In this document: piece by piece, positions 18,370 through 28,251 of the stretch | How the letters are laid out: every line of letters starts with the position of its first letter | Position numbering within the stretch: the stretch's first letter is position 1 | Source of the DNA: Patescibacteria group bacterium | Lineage (GTDB): Bacteria; Patescibacteriota; Patescibacteriia; UBA1558; GWA2-36-10 | Length of the DNA: 64,000 bases | Direction of reading: 5' to 3' | Assembly: GCA_041665505.1 (NCBI GenBank) | Contig: JBAYIR010000005.1 | Coordinates: 225 to 64,224 of the forward strand | Program-made: the position numbers and the translations under genes | The notes under the pieces: generated by a model | What the model was told of the DNA's origin: nothing | Database searches by the model: none | The model's input: only the letters and a program-made list of their open reading frames with translations

Positions 18370-20466
18370 ATGGAGCGACACCCTTTAGAAAAAGTAAGAA
18401 ATATTGGAATTATTGCGCATATTGATGCTGGTAAAACTACTGTTACCGAGCGTATTCTTTTTTATACTGGGAAAAAACATAAAATTGGCGAAGTCCATGA
18501 AGGTAAAGCCGAGATGGATTGGATGGAGCAAGAAAAAGAGCGCGGTATTACTATTACCTCAGCCGCTACAACTTGTTTTTGGGATTTACCAGATTGGTTG
18601 GGTGGAGGTAAAGCCAATATTAATATTATTGATACACCAGGTCACGTAGATTTTACTGTCGAAGTAGAAAGATCACTAAGAGTGCTTGATGGTGGCGTGA
18701 TTGTTTTTGATGGAGTAGCTGGTGTAGAACCACAATCAGAAACTGTTTGGAGACAAGCTGATAAATATCATGTGCCAAGATTGGCTTTTATAAATAAGAT
18801 GGATAGAATGGGTGCAGATTTCTATTTTGATATGGATACTATCCACGAGCGCTTGACCAAAAAAGCCTATCCTATGCAATTACCAATTGGTGCCGCTGAA
18901 ACATTTACTGGTATTATCAATGTCTTAGAGCGTGAAGCTTGGTACTATCTTGATGAAGATGGTAAACAATATGAAAAGCGTGAGGTTCCTGATGACATGA
19001 AAGATAAAGTAGAAAAATATCGAGCTGAACTGATTGAAGCAATTGTGGAAAATGATGAAACTTTGATGGAAAAATATCTTGGTGGGCAGGAGCCAGATTT
19101 AGTAGCCATCAAAAAAGTATTAAGACAAGCAGTAATTGATAATAAACTAGTACCAATTTTTTGTGGTAGTGCTTTGAAAAATAAAGGCGTCCAATTTTTA
19201 TTAGACGCAGTAGTATCTTATCTACCATCACCAATTGATGTGCCACCGATTGAAGGTAATGAACCAAGAAATGAAGAAAATATTATCCAAGTCAAGATTG
19301 GTGATAGTGAACCATTTGTTGGTTTGGCTTTTAAAGTAGCTACTGATCCTTATGTTGGCCGATTAACTTTTGTGCGTGTTTATTCAGGTACTTTAAAGGC
19401 TGGTTCTTATGTTTATAATGCTAATACAGAAAAGAAAGAAAGAATTGGTCGAATACTGCGAATGCACGCCAATGCCAGAGAAGAATTAACTGAAATTTTT
19501 AGTGGTGATATTGTGGCCGTAGTTGGTTTAAAAGACACTACCACTGGTCACACTATTTGTGATCCAGCTCGTCCAGTAGTTTTGGAAAGTATGGAATTCC
19601 CAGACCCAGTTATACACGTGGCGGTAGAACCAAAAACCAAGCAAGATCAAGAAAAAATGGGTATGGCTTTGGCCAAATTGACTGAAGAAGATCCTACCTT
19701 TACTGTCAGAAGTGATGAGGAGACAAATCAAACTATTATTGGTGGTATGGGAGAGCTTCACTTAGATATTATCGTTGATCGTATGAAACGTGAGTTTGGT
19801 GTGGAAGCTAATGTCGGTGCTCCTCAGGTAGCTTATAAAGAAACTATTACTGGTAGTGCTGAAGCTGAAGGAAAATATGTCAAGCAATCTGGTGGACGTG
19901 GTCAATATGGTCATTGTTGGTTGCGCTTGGAAGCTCAAGAGCCTGGTAAAGGATTTGAGTTTATAGAACAAATTAAAGGTGGTTCTATTCCTAAAGAGTT
20001 TATTGCGCCGATTGAAAAAGGTGTTAAAGAAACTATGAACAATGGTATTTTGGCTGGTTATCAGATTCAAGATGTCAAAGTGACTGTTTATGATGGATCA
20101 TATCATGATGTTGACTCTTCAGAAGCCGCTTTTAAAGTAGCTGGCTCTATGGCTTTTAAAGCTGCTTTTAGGCTAGCCAATCCAGTAATACTAGAACCAA
20201 TTATGAAAGTAGAAGCAGTTACTCCAGAACAATATATGGGCGATGTGATTGGTGATCTTAATTCCAAGAGAGGACAAATATCAAATATGACTGACAGAGC
20301 TGGGGCTAAGGTAATTAATGCTGAAGTGCCACTAGCTGAAATGTTTGGCTATGCTACTGCTCTTAGATCTATGACTCAAGGTAGAGCTAGTTATTCTATG
20401 GAGTTTGCTAAATATCAAGAAGTGCCTAGAAATGTCGCTGAAGAAATAATGAAAAAAAAGGCTTAA
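18370..20466 (+). CDS. fusA: Elongation factor G
   Basis: [10 protein letters not shown]1 motif and DTPGH. 698 aa. Confidence 0.95.
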   Translation: MERHPLEKVRNIGIIAHIDAGKTTVTERILFYTGKKHKIGEVHEGKAEMDWMEQEKERGITITSAATTCFWDLPDWLGGGKANINIIDTPGHVDFTVEVERSLRVLDGGVIVFDGVAGVEPQSETVWRQADKYHVPRLAFINKMDRMGADFYFDMDTIHERLTKKAYPMQLPIGAAETFTGIINVLEREAWYYLDEDGKQYEKREVPDDMKDKVEKYRAELIEAIVENDETLMEKYLGGQEPDLVAIKKVLRQAVIDNKLVPIFCGSALKNKGVQFLLDAVVSYLPSPIDVPPIEGNEPRNEENIIQVKIGDSEPFVGLAFKVATDPYVGRLTFVRVYSGTLKAGSYVYNANTEKKERIGRILRMHANAREELTEIFSGDIVAVVGLKDTTTGHTICDPARPVVLESMEFPDPVIHVAVEPKTKQDQEKMGMALAKLTEEDPTFTVRSDEETNQTIIGGMGELHLDIIVDRMKREFGVEANVGAPQVAYKETITGSAEAEGKYVKQSGGRGQYGHCWLRLEAQEPGKGFEFIEQIKGGSIPKEFIAPIEKGVKETMNNGILAGYQIQDVKVTVYDGSYHDVDSSEAAFKVAGSMAFKAAFRLANPVILEPIMKVEAVTPEQYMGDVIGDLNSKRGQISNMTDRAGAKVINAEVPLAEMFGYATALRSMTQGRASYSMEFAKYQEVPRNVAEEIMKKKA

Positions 20467-20482
20467 ATTAATATTTATCTAT

Positions 20483-20513
20483 ACAGTCGCGTCTGACGCG
20501 GCTGTATTTTTTT
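20483..20513 (+). terminator. Intrinsic terminator after fusA
   Basis: ACAGTCGCGtctgaCGCGGCTGT followed by ATTTTTTTTG. Its core is nearly identical to the tuf terminator. Confidence 0.7.
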
Positions 20514-20572
20514 GTTTAAAAAAAGAAGTCGCCCGCCACTGCTGCTGCAGGGCGGGCGACGAAAGCGTCAGC

Positions 20573-20803
20573 CTATGTCGGCTGATGAAGCCTCTTTTCC
20601 AGGCTTCGGACGCGAGAACGCGTGATGCCTTTGGTCTTCAGCTGAGACCAGCTCAGAGCACGGTTCTTCAGCGCTCTTTTGATCATCATGATCATGGTAA
20701 AGAGTGTCAGTTCCGTAGGATCTTCATCCTCGAAGATCAACTGAGCCTTAGTGAGGAGCTCCTCGCTGGTCATATTAAAGTCCAGGTTCACAGCTTCGGA
20801 CAT
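20573..20803 (-). CDS. Hypothetical 76-aa protein (high-GC codon usage), island 3 cassette A
   Basis: AAAGGAG 7 nt upstream of ATG (reverse strand), TAG stop. Terminator GTCGCCCGCC...GCGGGCGAC plus T-run lies at 20527-20566 on the reverse strand. Confidence 0.45.
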   Translation of the reverse strand: MSEAVNLDFNMTSEELLTKAQLIFEDEDPTELTLFTMIMMIKRALKNRALSWSQLKTKGITRSRVRSLEKRLHQPT

Positions 20804-20858
20804 CAACTACTCCTTTTCGACTGTTACATCCTTGTGCAGGGGTGAACGAGGCAACATA

Positions 20859-20890
20859 ATAACATATATTTTAAGTTTAGTCAATCCAGC
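20859..20890 (-). repeat. Direct repeat copy 1 (27-nt exact match with copy 2); encodes reverse-strand promoter TTGACT-17-TATTAT
   Basis: Forward-strand ATAACATATATTTTAAGTTTAGTCAAT(C)CAG. Sits 43 nt upstream of the cassette A start. Confidence 0.7.
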
Positions 20891-20971
20891 TCTTAGTAAG
20901 GAGCTAGATTAATATTCAAAGGGGGCGCTTCTGGCGAAGCGCCCCCTCGGTGTCGGCTGACCGATGTCGGA

Positions 20972-21418
20972 TCAGACGAAGAAGTGTATGATCTTGATGT
21001 CCAGACCGTGATGATAATAGTATTCGCCGTTCATGTCGATGCCGACAACCGAGCCATCGGCAATCTTGTCGGGCAGATCCAACTGCATGGTCTTCATCAG
21101 GATTTCATGAGCCAGTTCGCTATGGATGCTGAACATCTTGATCTTCTGGAGAATCTCGAGATGACGATCGTACTCGCTCTGGCAGGTGCCAGCACAGTGG
21201 CCACGGCACTGCTCCGGCGGACAGAGCTCCTGGTGTTCGCGTTCCAGCTCCTTGAGGTCCTGCACGATTCCGTAGAACAAGCCCCATGCTCGTTTGACGT
21301 CTTTACTCGCTTTGATGCCGAGCAGCCGTCGTGGGTCGAGGATCTCCATCTTGGGCCAAGTGACCTTATCCAGATCGATCCCTTGGGCTCGATCGTTGAG
21401 TTCGCTGAGCAGGTTCAT
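20972..21418 (-). CDS. Hypothetical 148-aa Cys-containing protein (CPPEQCRGHCAGTC), island 3 cassette B
   Basis: AGGAGG 6 nt upstream of ATG (reverse strand), TGA stop. Terminator AGGGGGCGCTTCgccaGAAGCGCCCCCT lies at 20920-20950. The 5'UTR carries the 10-bp inverted repeat TAACGGTGTA / TACACCGTTA. Confidence 0.45.
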   Translation of the reverse strand: MNLLSELNDRAQGIDLDKVTWPKMEILDPRRLLGIKASKDVKRAWGLFYGIVQDLKELEREHQELCPPEQCRGHCAGTCQSEYDRHLEILQKIKMFSIHSELAHEILMKTMQLDLPDKIADGSVVGIDMNGEYYYHHGLDIKIIHFFV

Positions 21419-21593
21419 CTTACTCCTCCTGGATTCCCTTGCTAGGGAATGAAATAACGGTGTAACACAAATACCACATTAGTTAGTACACCGTTAGGCT
21501 AACTAATGTTTTTCAAAACACAGAATTAAAGAATATTATTATTCTTCAAGTCTATATTTTAAAATTTATAAACAACATTTCAGATTTATGTTT

Positions 21594-21625
21594 ATAACAT
21601 ATATTTTAAGTTTAGTCAATTCAGT
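21594..21625 (-). repeat. Direct repeat copy 2; reverse-strand promoter TTGACT-17-TATAAA for cassette B
   Basis: ATAACATATATTTTAAGTTTAGTCAAT(T)CAG. 31 of 32 nt identical to copy 1. Confidence 0.7.
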
Positions 21626-22074
21626 TGCGTCTGACCTGATTGGCCTAAAAATAAAACTCCAGATAAAAATCTGAAGTTTTATTTTATATCCCTCCTAAAT
21701 TTATCACTAGTTGCTAAACTTGGGAGGGGGCCGGTCTTTGTCAGACATTGATCGGCCTTGTGTGTGGGGTATGTGGGCAGATGTAGGCGGAGTAGCGGAG
21801 TTGATGGATAAACCCTTTTTTCCAAGGCATAAATCTGGAGCAGAGCTACCTAGCTTTTGGCCGTAGCCAGCTGAGGTCAGATAAATATACTGAAATTATT
21901 GAGTATAGACCCAATAGAATCTAGCTTTTTATCTGTTCTCTTTACTCCAAATTTATACCTTGGAAGGATGGATATTTAAAGAACTTTTTATGTTAATGTG
22001 GTAGTATAGCATATATTTATATTTTTGTCAAGCATATAAGCTCTGCTATTTGATGTTTTGATATAGCAATTTTC

Positions 22075-22102
22075 TTGACAAAAGACCTGTTTTTGCTATA
22101 AG
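22075..22102 (+). promoter_or_regulatory. sigma70-like promoter
   Basis: TTGACA, 16-nt spacer, extended -10 TGcTATAAG. Confidence 0.5.
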
Positions 22103-22137
22103 ATATGGGGACTTAAGTAGCTTTTAATCATAAAAAT

Positions 22138-22512
22138 ATGTCAAATTATAAGCAAATGGACAAAGTTTTAGATTTAGCAGCTAAAACTGGCGATAAAGTG
22201 ATAGTTTTATCTGATCATCATGATCCTTATGTGATAATGACTGTTAAAGAATATGAAGCTTTATTACATGGTCCATCTTCAGTCAAGGATTTATCAGAAG
22301 ATGAATTGCTTAGTAAAATCAACCGTGATATAGCAGTTTGGAAAGCTTCTAAAGACGATTTAGATGATTATAGTTTAGATGATTTCAAGGTAGATACTTT
22401 ACGTAAAGATTTAAAAAACGTAGAAAAGCCTAGGGAAGATGCAGACAAAATTACTGTTGATAAGTCTATAGTGCCAGAAGAAGATAGATACTATATTGAG
22501 CCTGTAGATTAA
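22138..22512 (+). CDS. Hypothetical acidic protein
   Basis: 124 aa with no recognisable motif. Sits between island 3 and tuf. Confidence 0.5.
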   Translation: MSNYKQMDKVLDLAAKTGDKVIVLSDHHDPYVIMTVKEYEALLHGPSSVKDLSEDELLSKINRDIAVWKASKDDLDDYSLDDFKVDTLRKDLKNVEKPREDADKITVDKSIVPEEDRYYIEPVD

Positions 22513-22569
22513 AATTTTAGCTAATTTTAGCTAAAAGAGCTTAAAAAAGGATTTGGCACTCTTAGAGGC

Positions 22570-22598
22570 TTGCCAAAAGTCAAAAACAGTGCTATAAT
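22570..22598 (+). promoter_or_regulatory. Strong promoter for tuf
   Basis: TTGCCA, 17-nt spacer, extended -10 TGCTATAAT. A perfect palindrome TGTGTTTTAAAAACACACA follows at the predicted start. Confidence 0.65.
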
Positions 22599-22709
22599 CT
22601 TTGTGTTTTAAAAACACACAAAATTAATAAATAATAATTAATATTTTAAGATAGCTGGATCACAAACCCCTGAATTTTGAGGGGGGCTATCACAAGGAGA
22701 AAAAATCAA

Positions 22710-23897
22710 ATGGCAGATATTTTCAAACGTGAAAAGCCACACGTTAATGTGGGCACTATTGGTCACGTCGACCACGGTAAAACTACTTTGACAGCGGCTA
22801 TTTTAAAAGTTTTAAATGCTTCAGGTGGAATAGCTCAACAAAAGGATGTTGATCAAATTGACAATGCACCAGAAGAGAGAGAGCGTGGTATTACTATTGC
22901 TACAGCTCATGTTGAGTATGAATCAACAGCTAGACACTATGCACACGTTGACTGTCCAGGTCATGCTGACTATGTCAAAAACATGATTACTGGTGCAGCT
23001 CAAATGGATGGTGCAATACTAGTAGTATCAGCTGCTGATGGTCCAATGCCTCAAACTAGAGAACATATTCTATTAGCTCGCCAAGTTGGTGTGCCTTATA
23101 TAGTAGTTTTTCTAAATAAGATGGACCAAGTAGATGATCCAGAATTGGTAGATTTAGTAGAAGAAGAAATTAGAGATTTATTGAAGAAATATGAATTTCC
23201 TGGTGATACCACTCCAATTATTCGTGGTAGTGCTATCAAAGCTTTGGAAAATCCAAGTGGTGAGGATGCTAAACCTATTTTAGATTTAGTAAAAGCTTTG
23301 GATGATTATATTCCAGAACCAAAACGTGATACAGATAAACCATTTTTGATGCCAATTGAAGATATTTTTTCAATTGAAGGTCGTGGTACTGTAGTCACTG
23401 GTCGTATTGATAGAGGTATTATAAAATTGAATGAAGAAGTAGAATTGGTTGGTATCAATGACACCAGTAAGACTGTAGTCACTGGTATTGAGATGTTTAA
23501 CAAACAACTAGAAGAAGGTAGAGCTGGTGATAATGCTGGTTTACTTCTTCGTGGTACCAAGAAAGAAGATGTTGAACGTGGTCAAGTATTGGCCAAACCT
23601 GGTTCTATTACTCCTCATACAGAATTTGAAGCTGAAACTTATATCTTAAGTAAAGAAGAAGGTGGTCGTCATACCCCATTTTTCAAAGGATATAAACCAC
23701 AGTTTTATATTCGTACTACTGATGTTACTGGTGAAGTAGAACTTTCAGAAGGTGCAGAAATGGTTATGCCTGGTGATACAGTTAATTTGAAGATCAAATT
23801 AATATCCCCAGTAGCGCTTGAAGAAAAATCAAGATTTGCTATTCGTGAAGGTGGCCGTACTGTTGGTGCTGGTGTAGTAACCAAAATTATAAAGTAA
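22710..23897 (+). CDS. tuf: Elongation factor Tu
   Basis: [26 protein letters not shown]. Start taken at ATG 22710, which has AAGGAG upstream, rather than the ORF-track start at 22677. Confidence 0.95.
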   Translation: MADIFKREKPHVNVGTIGHVDHGKTTLTAAILKVLNASGGIAQQKDVDQIDNAPEERERGITIATAHVEYESTARHYAHVDCPGHADYVKNMITGAAQMDGAILVVSAADGPMPQTREHILLARQVGVPYIVVFLNKMDQVDDPELVDLVEEEIRDLLKKYEFPGDTTPIIRGSAIKALENPSGEDAKPILDLVKALDDYIPEPKRDTDKPFLMPIEDIFSIEGRGTVVTGRIDRGIIKLNEEVELVGINDTSKTVVTGIEMFNKQLEEGRAGDNAGLLLRGTKKEDVERGQVLAKPGSITPHTEFEAETYILSKEEGGRHTPFFKGYKPQFYIRTTDVTGEVELSEGAEMVMPGDTVNLKIKLISPVALEEKSRFAIREGGRTVGAGVVTKIIK

Positions 23898-23906
23898 AAT
23901 TATTTA

Positions 23907-23931
23907 CCCAGCCGCGTCTAACGCGGCTGGG
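23907..23931 (+). terminator. Terminator hairpin after tuf
   Basis: CCCAGCCGCGtctaaCGCGGCTGGG perfect stem. Shares its core with the fusA terminator. Confidence 0.6.
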
Positions 23932-23979
23932 CCTAGTAGTTTAAATAATCAATAAGTAAATTAACAATCAAAAAATTTC

Positions 23980-24309
23980 ATGCCAGTCAAAGCTAAAGAA
24001 GATACTCAGTCAAGAATTCGTATCAAGATCAGAGCTTATGATCATAAAATCATTGATCAGTCTACCAAGACTATCATTGAGACTGTTGATCGTAGTGGAG
24101 CAAAGATCGTTGGACCAATTCCACTGCCTACAGAAAAAAAGAAATTCACAGTGCTTCGCTCAACTTTTGTGCACAAAGATGCTCGTGATCAGTATGAAAT
24201 GAGAGTTCATAAAAGACTCTTGGATATTATCGACCCTACTCCACAAACCATTGATGCTTTACAAAGCCTCAATTTACCAGCTGGCGTTGATTTGGAAATT
24301 AAAATGTAA
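23980..24309 (+). CDS. rpsJ: 30S ribosomal protein S10
   Basis: [17 protein letters not shown]... Confidence 0.9.
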   Translation: MPVKAKEDTQSRIRIKIRAYDHKIIDQSTKTIIETVDRSGAKIVGPIPLPTEKKKFTVLRSTFVHKDARDQYEMRVHKRLLDIIDPTPQTIDALQSLNLPAGVDLEIKM

Positions 24310-24625
24310 ACCTTTGACTCAAATGGTCTTAGGTAAAAATTAAAAATACTTTGCTTGTTTATATAACCCTTTATTAGAAGATGATAATAGGAAGTGTGTA
24401 GGGAGGCAAAGCGTTTAAGAAGGATAAAAATCGTAAAAATTTTTAAAAAATATTGTCGAAAGAAATTAGCCAATTAGGTTAATAGTCGCGATTTTATCCT
24501 GAAAAGTATTTTAGTAAGTATTTTTAAAGATAAAATCGCGATTTTTTTACCCACATAATTAACATAGTCAGGGTAATCCCGCCGTAGCAATAGTGCCGAT
24601 GCGGGGTATAAAGATTAAGAAAAAT

Positions 24626-25426
24626 ATGGCCAAGTTTATTTTAGGAAGAAAATTGAATATGACCCAGAAGTTCCAAGCGGATGGTCGTGTAGTTCCAGTC
24701 ACAGTGGTGGAAGCTGGTCCTTGCACAGTGGTGCAAGTGAAAAGCAAAGATAAAGATTCTTACAACGCTGTACAAGTGGGCTTTGCTACCAAAAAAGTGG
24801 TCAATAAACCAATGGCAGGTCATCTAAAAAATTTAGACAATTTTAGATACTTGAAAGAGTTTAGATTGGATAATGTTGAAAATTTTGCTAGAGCTAAAGT
24901 TTTTGATGTTAGTAGTTTCTCAGCTGGTGATAATTTGAAAATCACAGCTACTTCAAAAGGTAAGGGATTCCAAGGTGTAGTAAGAAGACATGGTTTTCAT
25001 GGTTCTCCAGCTACTCATGGTCATAAAGACCAACATAGAATGCCTGGTTCTATTGGAGCTACTGACTCAGCTCGTGTGTTTAAAGGCACTCGTATGGGTG
25101 GACGCATGGGTACAGATACAGTGACTGTCAAAAATCTTGAATTGATTGAAGTTGATGTAGAAAAAAATCTACTTTATATCAAAGGAGCAGTACCTGGATC
25201 TAGAAATGCTTTGGTAACTATTTGGGCTGATGGCGAAATTACTTTTGTAGAAAAAGCTTCTGCTAAAACTTCAGTTGAAAAGACAGAAGAAAAAATAGAA
25301 GATAAAAAAGAAGAGGTAAAAGTAGAAAAGGAAGAAAATGTTGAAACTCCAACTGTAGAAGAAAAATCTGAAAAAGAATCCAAGACCGAAATAGAAGAGG
25401 AAGTTAAGAAAGAAGAAAAAAAATAA
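24626..25426 (+). CDS. rplC: 50S ribosomal protein L3 with ~60-aa K/E-rich C-terminal extension
   Basis: MAKFILGRKLNMTQ... Start at ATG 24626 rather than the ORF-track start at 24593. Confidence 0.85.
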   Translation: MAKFILGRKLNMTQKFQADGRVVPVTVVEAGPCTVVQVKSKDKDSYNAVQVGFATKKVVNKPMAGHLKNLDNFRYLKEFRLDNVENFARAKVFDVSSFSAGDNLKITATSKGKGFQGVVRRHGFHGSPATHGHKDQHRMPGSIGATDSARVFKGTRMGGRMGTDTVTVKNLELIEVDVEKNLLYIKGAVPGSRNALVTIWADGEITFVEKASAKTSVEKTEEKIEDKKEEVKVEKEENVETPTVEEKSEKESKTEIEEEVKKEEKK

Positions 25427-25430
25427 TTAT

Positions 25431-26066
25431 ATGGCAGATATTAAAGTAAAATTATATGATTTCCAAGGTAAGGAGACCGGAGAAGAAATTCTTGATGGAG
25501 CGCTTTTTGGTGTAGTTCCTGATCCAGAACTTATCTATGAAATGGTTACAGCTCAGCAAAAAAATTCTAGAGATGTCTTGGCTCATACCAAAGGAAGAGC
25601 AGAAGTCCGTGGTGGTGGTAAGAAACCATGGAAGCAAAAAGGAACTGGTCGTGCTCGTCATGGCTCTATCCGTTCTCCATTGTGGATTGGTGGAGGTATA
25701 ACTTTTGGTCCAACTAAGGAAAGAAATTTTTCTGTCAAAGTAAATAAAAAAGTTAAACAAAAAGCTTTAGCTATGGTTTTGTCTGATAAAGTAGCTAATA
25801 ATAAATTAATTTTGTTAGAAGCATATAATCTTCCAGAAGCTAAGACCAAAGTTTTACAAACTGCTTTTTCAAATTTACCAAACAAAAATAAATCAACTTT
25901 AGTAGTTACTAAAAATGCTAAGGAGAATATCGTTATAGCTTCAAAAAATTTACCAAAAGTAGAGACAATTAATTTTGGTAGTTTAAATATCGTTGATTTG
26001 ATGAAGAAAGAATATTTAGTGATTAATAAAGAATTACTTAAAAAAGTAAGCGAACATTATTTATAA
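25431..26066 (+). CDS. rplD: 50S ribosomal protein L4
   Basis: Position in the operon and the GTGRARHGS motif. Confidence 0.85.
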   Translation: MADIKVKLYDFQGKETGEEILDGALFGVVPDPELIYEMVTAQQKNSRDVLAHTKGRAEVRGGGKKPWKQKGTGRARHGSIRSPLWIGGGITFGPTKERNFSVKVNKKVKQKALAMVLSDKVANNKLILLEAYNLPEAKTKVLQTAFSNLPNKNKSTLVVTKNAKENIVIASKNLPKVETINFGSLNIVDLMKKEYLVINKELLKKVSEHYL

Positions 26067-26070
26067 ATAT

Positions 26071-26544
26071 ATGGGTTTGTTCAATAAAAAAACCGAAAAC
26101 GACAAAAAAGCCACAGTTGATTCAGCTGGCGCTAAAGTTAAAGCTAGTCAGAAAAAATCTGAAGACCAGAAGTCAGCTAAAATCAAAACAACTGTTGTCA
26201 AAAAAACTACAAGCTCTGAACTTAGTCGAAAAGATGCTAAAAATTCTAATAAAAAAGCTAATCAAGCTTATAGATTTTTACGCCGACCAATTATTTCAGA
26301 GAAAGCCACTGTCGGAGCTGCTGACGGTAAATATATTTTTGAAGTATCAATTGATGCTAATAAAGTAGCTATCAAAAAAGCTATCCAAGAAGTATATGGT
26401 GTGTTGCCAATTGATGTGAATATCATGAATAAAAGCGGAAAAAACATTAGTTCTGGCAGAAGACATGGTCGTACAAAAAATATTAAAAAAGCTGTTGTTA
26501 CACTGAAGAAGGGTGATAGCATCAAATTATACGAAGGTATTTAA
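26071..26544 (+). CDS. rplW: 50S ribosomal protein L23 with ~60-aa Lys-rich N-terminal extension
   Basis: Conserved core LRRPIISEKAT... Confidence 0.8.
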   Translation: MGLFNKKTENDKKATVDSAGAKVKASQKKSEDQKSAKIKTTVVKKTTSSELSRKDAKNSNKKANQAYRFLRRPIISEKATVGAADGKYIFEVSIDANKVAIKKAIQEVYGVLPIDVNIMNKSGKNISSGRRHGRTKNIKKAVVTLKKGDSIKLYEGI

Positions 26545-26553
26545 TAGATATAT

Positions 26554-27402
26554 ATGCCAATTAAAGTTTACAAACCAACTACACCAGCTCGTCGTCAGAC
26601 TAGTGTTTTAGTTGATAAAGATTTATCCAAAAAACGTCCCCAAAAATCTTTAACTAAAATTAGAAAGCAAAAAGCTGGTAGAAACAACCAAGGCCGTATT
26701 TCAGTCAGACACAAGGGTGGCGGAGCTAAAAGAAAAATTAGAATCATTGATTTGAAAAGATTCAAATTTGATATGATAGCCAAAGTAGAGGCCCTTGAAT
26801 ATGACCCAAATAGAAATACTAATATTGCTTTAGTTGTTTATATTGATGGTTCTAGAAGTTATATTTTGGCTCCCGATGGTATGAAAGTCGGTGACAAAGT
26901 AGTTTCCTCTGAACAAAAAATTGATATCAAACTTGGCAATCGTTTGTTATTAAAAAATATACCAACTGGTACTATTGTCTATAATGTAGAATTGACTCCA
27001 GGTAAAGGTGGCCAGATGGCTCGCAGTGCTGGAAATGGTTTGACACTGATGGCTATCTACGATGGTAAAGCTCAGTTAAAGATGCCAAGTGGTGAGATCA
27101 GAACAGTTCCAGAAAAATGTATGGCTTCTATTGGAGCCCCAAGCAATCCAGAACATAGAAATATCCGTTATGGAAAAGCTGGTCGCAAACGTCATATGGG
27201 TATTAGACCAACTGTGCGTGGTAAAGTAATGAATCCAGTTGATCATCCTCATGGTGGTGGTGAAGGTCACAACCCAATTGGTTTGAAGCATCCAAAAACT
27301 TATAAAGGTAAACCAGCTTATGGTGTGAAGACCAGAAAGAAAAACAAAGCTTCAAATAAGATGATTGTTAAACGTCGTGAGTCTAAAACTGGTAGAGATT
27401 AA
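26554..27402 (+). CDS. rplB: 50S ribosomal protein L2
   Basis: [10 protein letters not shown] near the C-terminus. The conserved histidine lies in DHPHGGGEG. Confidence 0.9.
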   Translation: MPIKVYKPTTPARRQTSVLVDKDLSKKRPQKSLTKIRKQKAGRNNQGRISVRHKGGGAKRKIRIIDLKRFKFDMIAKVEALEYDPNRNTNIALVVYIDGSRSYILAPDGMKVGDKVVSSEQKIDIKLGNRLLLKNIPTGTIVYNVELTPGKGGQMARSAGNGLTLMAIYDGKAQLKMPSGEIRTVPEKCMASIGAPSNPEHRNIRYGKAGRKRHMGIRPTVRGKVMNPVDHPHGGGEGHNPIGLKHPKTYKGKPAYGVKTRKKNKASNKMIVKRRESKTGRD

Positions 27403-27421
27403 TTAATAAATATCATAAACT

Positions 27422-27703
27422 ATGTCAAGAAGTTTAAAAAAAGGTCCATTTACTGAGCCGAAATTACTAAAAAAGATTGCAGGAATTACTCCAGAGAAAG
27501 CACAAGTAATCAAGACTTGGTCACGAGCATCTGTTATCACACCAGAGATGGTTGGATTTACTTTTGGAGTGCATAATGGCCGGACTCATTTGAATGTTCA
27601 TGTTATAGAAAACATGGTTGGACATCGTCTAGGGGAATTTTCTCCGACTAGAAAATTTGTCAATCATGGTGGTAAAATGGCCAAAAGTCAATCTAAAAGC
27701 TAA
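27422..27703 (+). CDS. rpsS: 30S ribosomal protein S19
   Basis: [10 protein letters not shown]... Confidence 0.9.
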   Translation: MSRSLKKGPFTEPKLLKKIAGITPEKAQVIKTWSRASVITPEMVGFTFGVHNGRTHLNVHVIENMVGHRLGEFSPTRKFVNHGGKMAKSQSKS

Positions 27704-27725
27704 CTAATTTAGGTAAATATTCAAT

Positions 27726-28247
27726 ATGGTTGAATCAAAAGCAAAACTGAATCATCTTCGCATATCATCCAAAAAAATTCGTTTGGTAGCTGATACTATC
27801 CGCGGATTAGATGTGGTTGATGCTTTGGCAAAACTACCAGTTATTTTCAAAAAATCTACTCCAGTTATTGAAAAACTTCTAAGATCAGCTGTAGCTAATG
27901 CTACTTCTAAATATAATGTCAAAGAGGAAGATTTGAAAATAAAAAGTATTGTAGTCAATAAGGCAATGGATTTAAAACGTTGGAAACCAGCTGCTTTTGG
28001 TCGTGCTCATCCATTTAGAAAAGCTTCTTCTCATATAGAAATTGTTTTGGTAACCAAAGAAGGAGTAAAAGTTACTAGTAAAGAAAAAGTAAAAGAAGAA
28101 ATTGAGACTGTTGATTTGACTAAAACAGATCAGAAACCAATTTCAAAAAATGCTGATAAAAAGCTTGGTAGTAGCTCAGTTAAAAAATCAGTTAAAGAAT
28201 CTACTGCTGGCGCCGCTAAAGATAAATCCAAAGTAAAAAAAGGTTAA
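27726..28247 (+). CDS. rplV: 50S ribosomal protein L22 with Lys-rich C-terminal extension
   Basis: Position in the operon. The core runs to about aa 110, followed by a K-rich tail. Confidence 0.8.
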   Translation: MVESKAKLNHLRISSKKIRLVADTIRGLDVVDALAKLPVIFKKSTPVIEKLLRSAVANATSKYNVKEEDLKIKSIVVNKAMDLKRWKPAAFGRAHPFRKASSHIEIVLVTKEGVKVTSKEKVKEEIETVDLTKTDQKPISKNADKKLGSSSVKKSVKESTAGAAKDKSKVKKG

Positions 28248-28251
28248 TTAT

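Larger units (their letters stand above)
20527..21500. other. GC-rich compositional island 3 (two reverse-strand cassettes) inserted between fusA and tuf
   Basis: ~60% GC. Two reverse-strand ORFs, each with AGGAG-type SD, GC3 bias, TAG/TGA stops and a perfect GC hairpin terminator. Each has its own copy of a 27-bp repeated promoter. Confidence 0.8.

Noticed and set aside
21700-21900. tmRNA / SRP RNA / RNase P RNA in the long non-coding tract
   Set aside because: Looked for GGAAGCAGCC/GGUCAGG (SRP), a GGGG...CCACCA acceptor (tmRNA) and AGGAAAGUCCGGGCUCC (RNase P). None is present.
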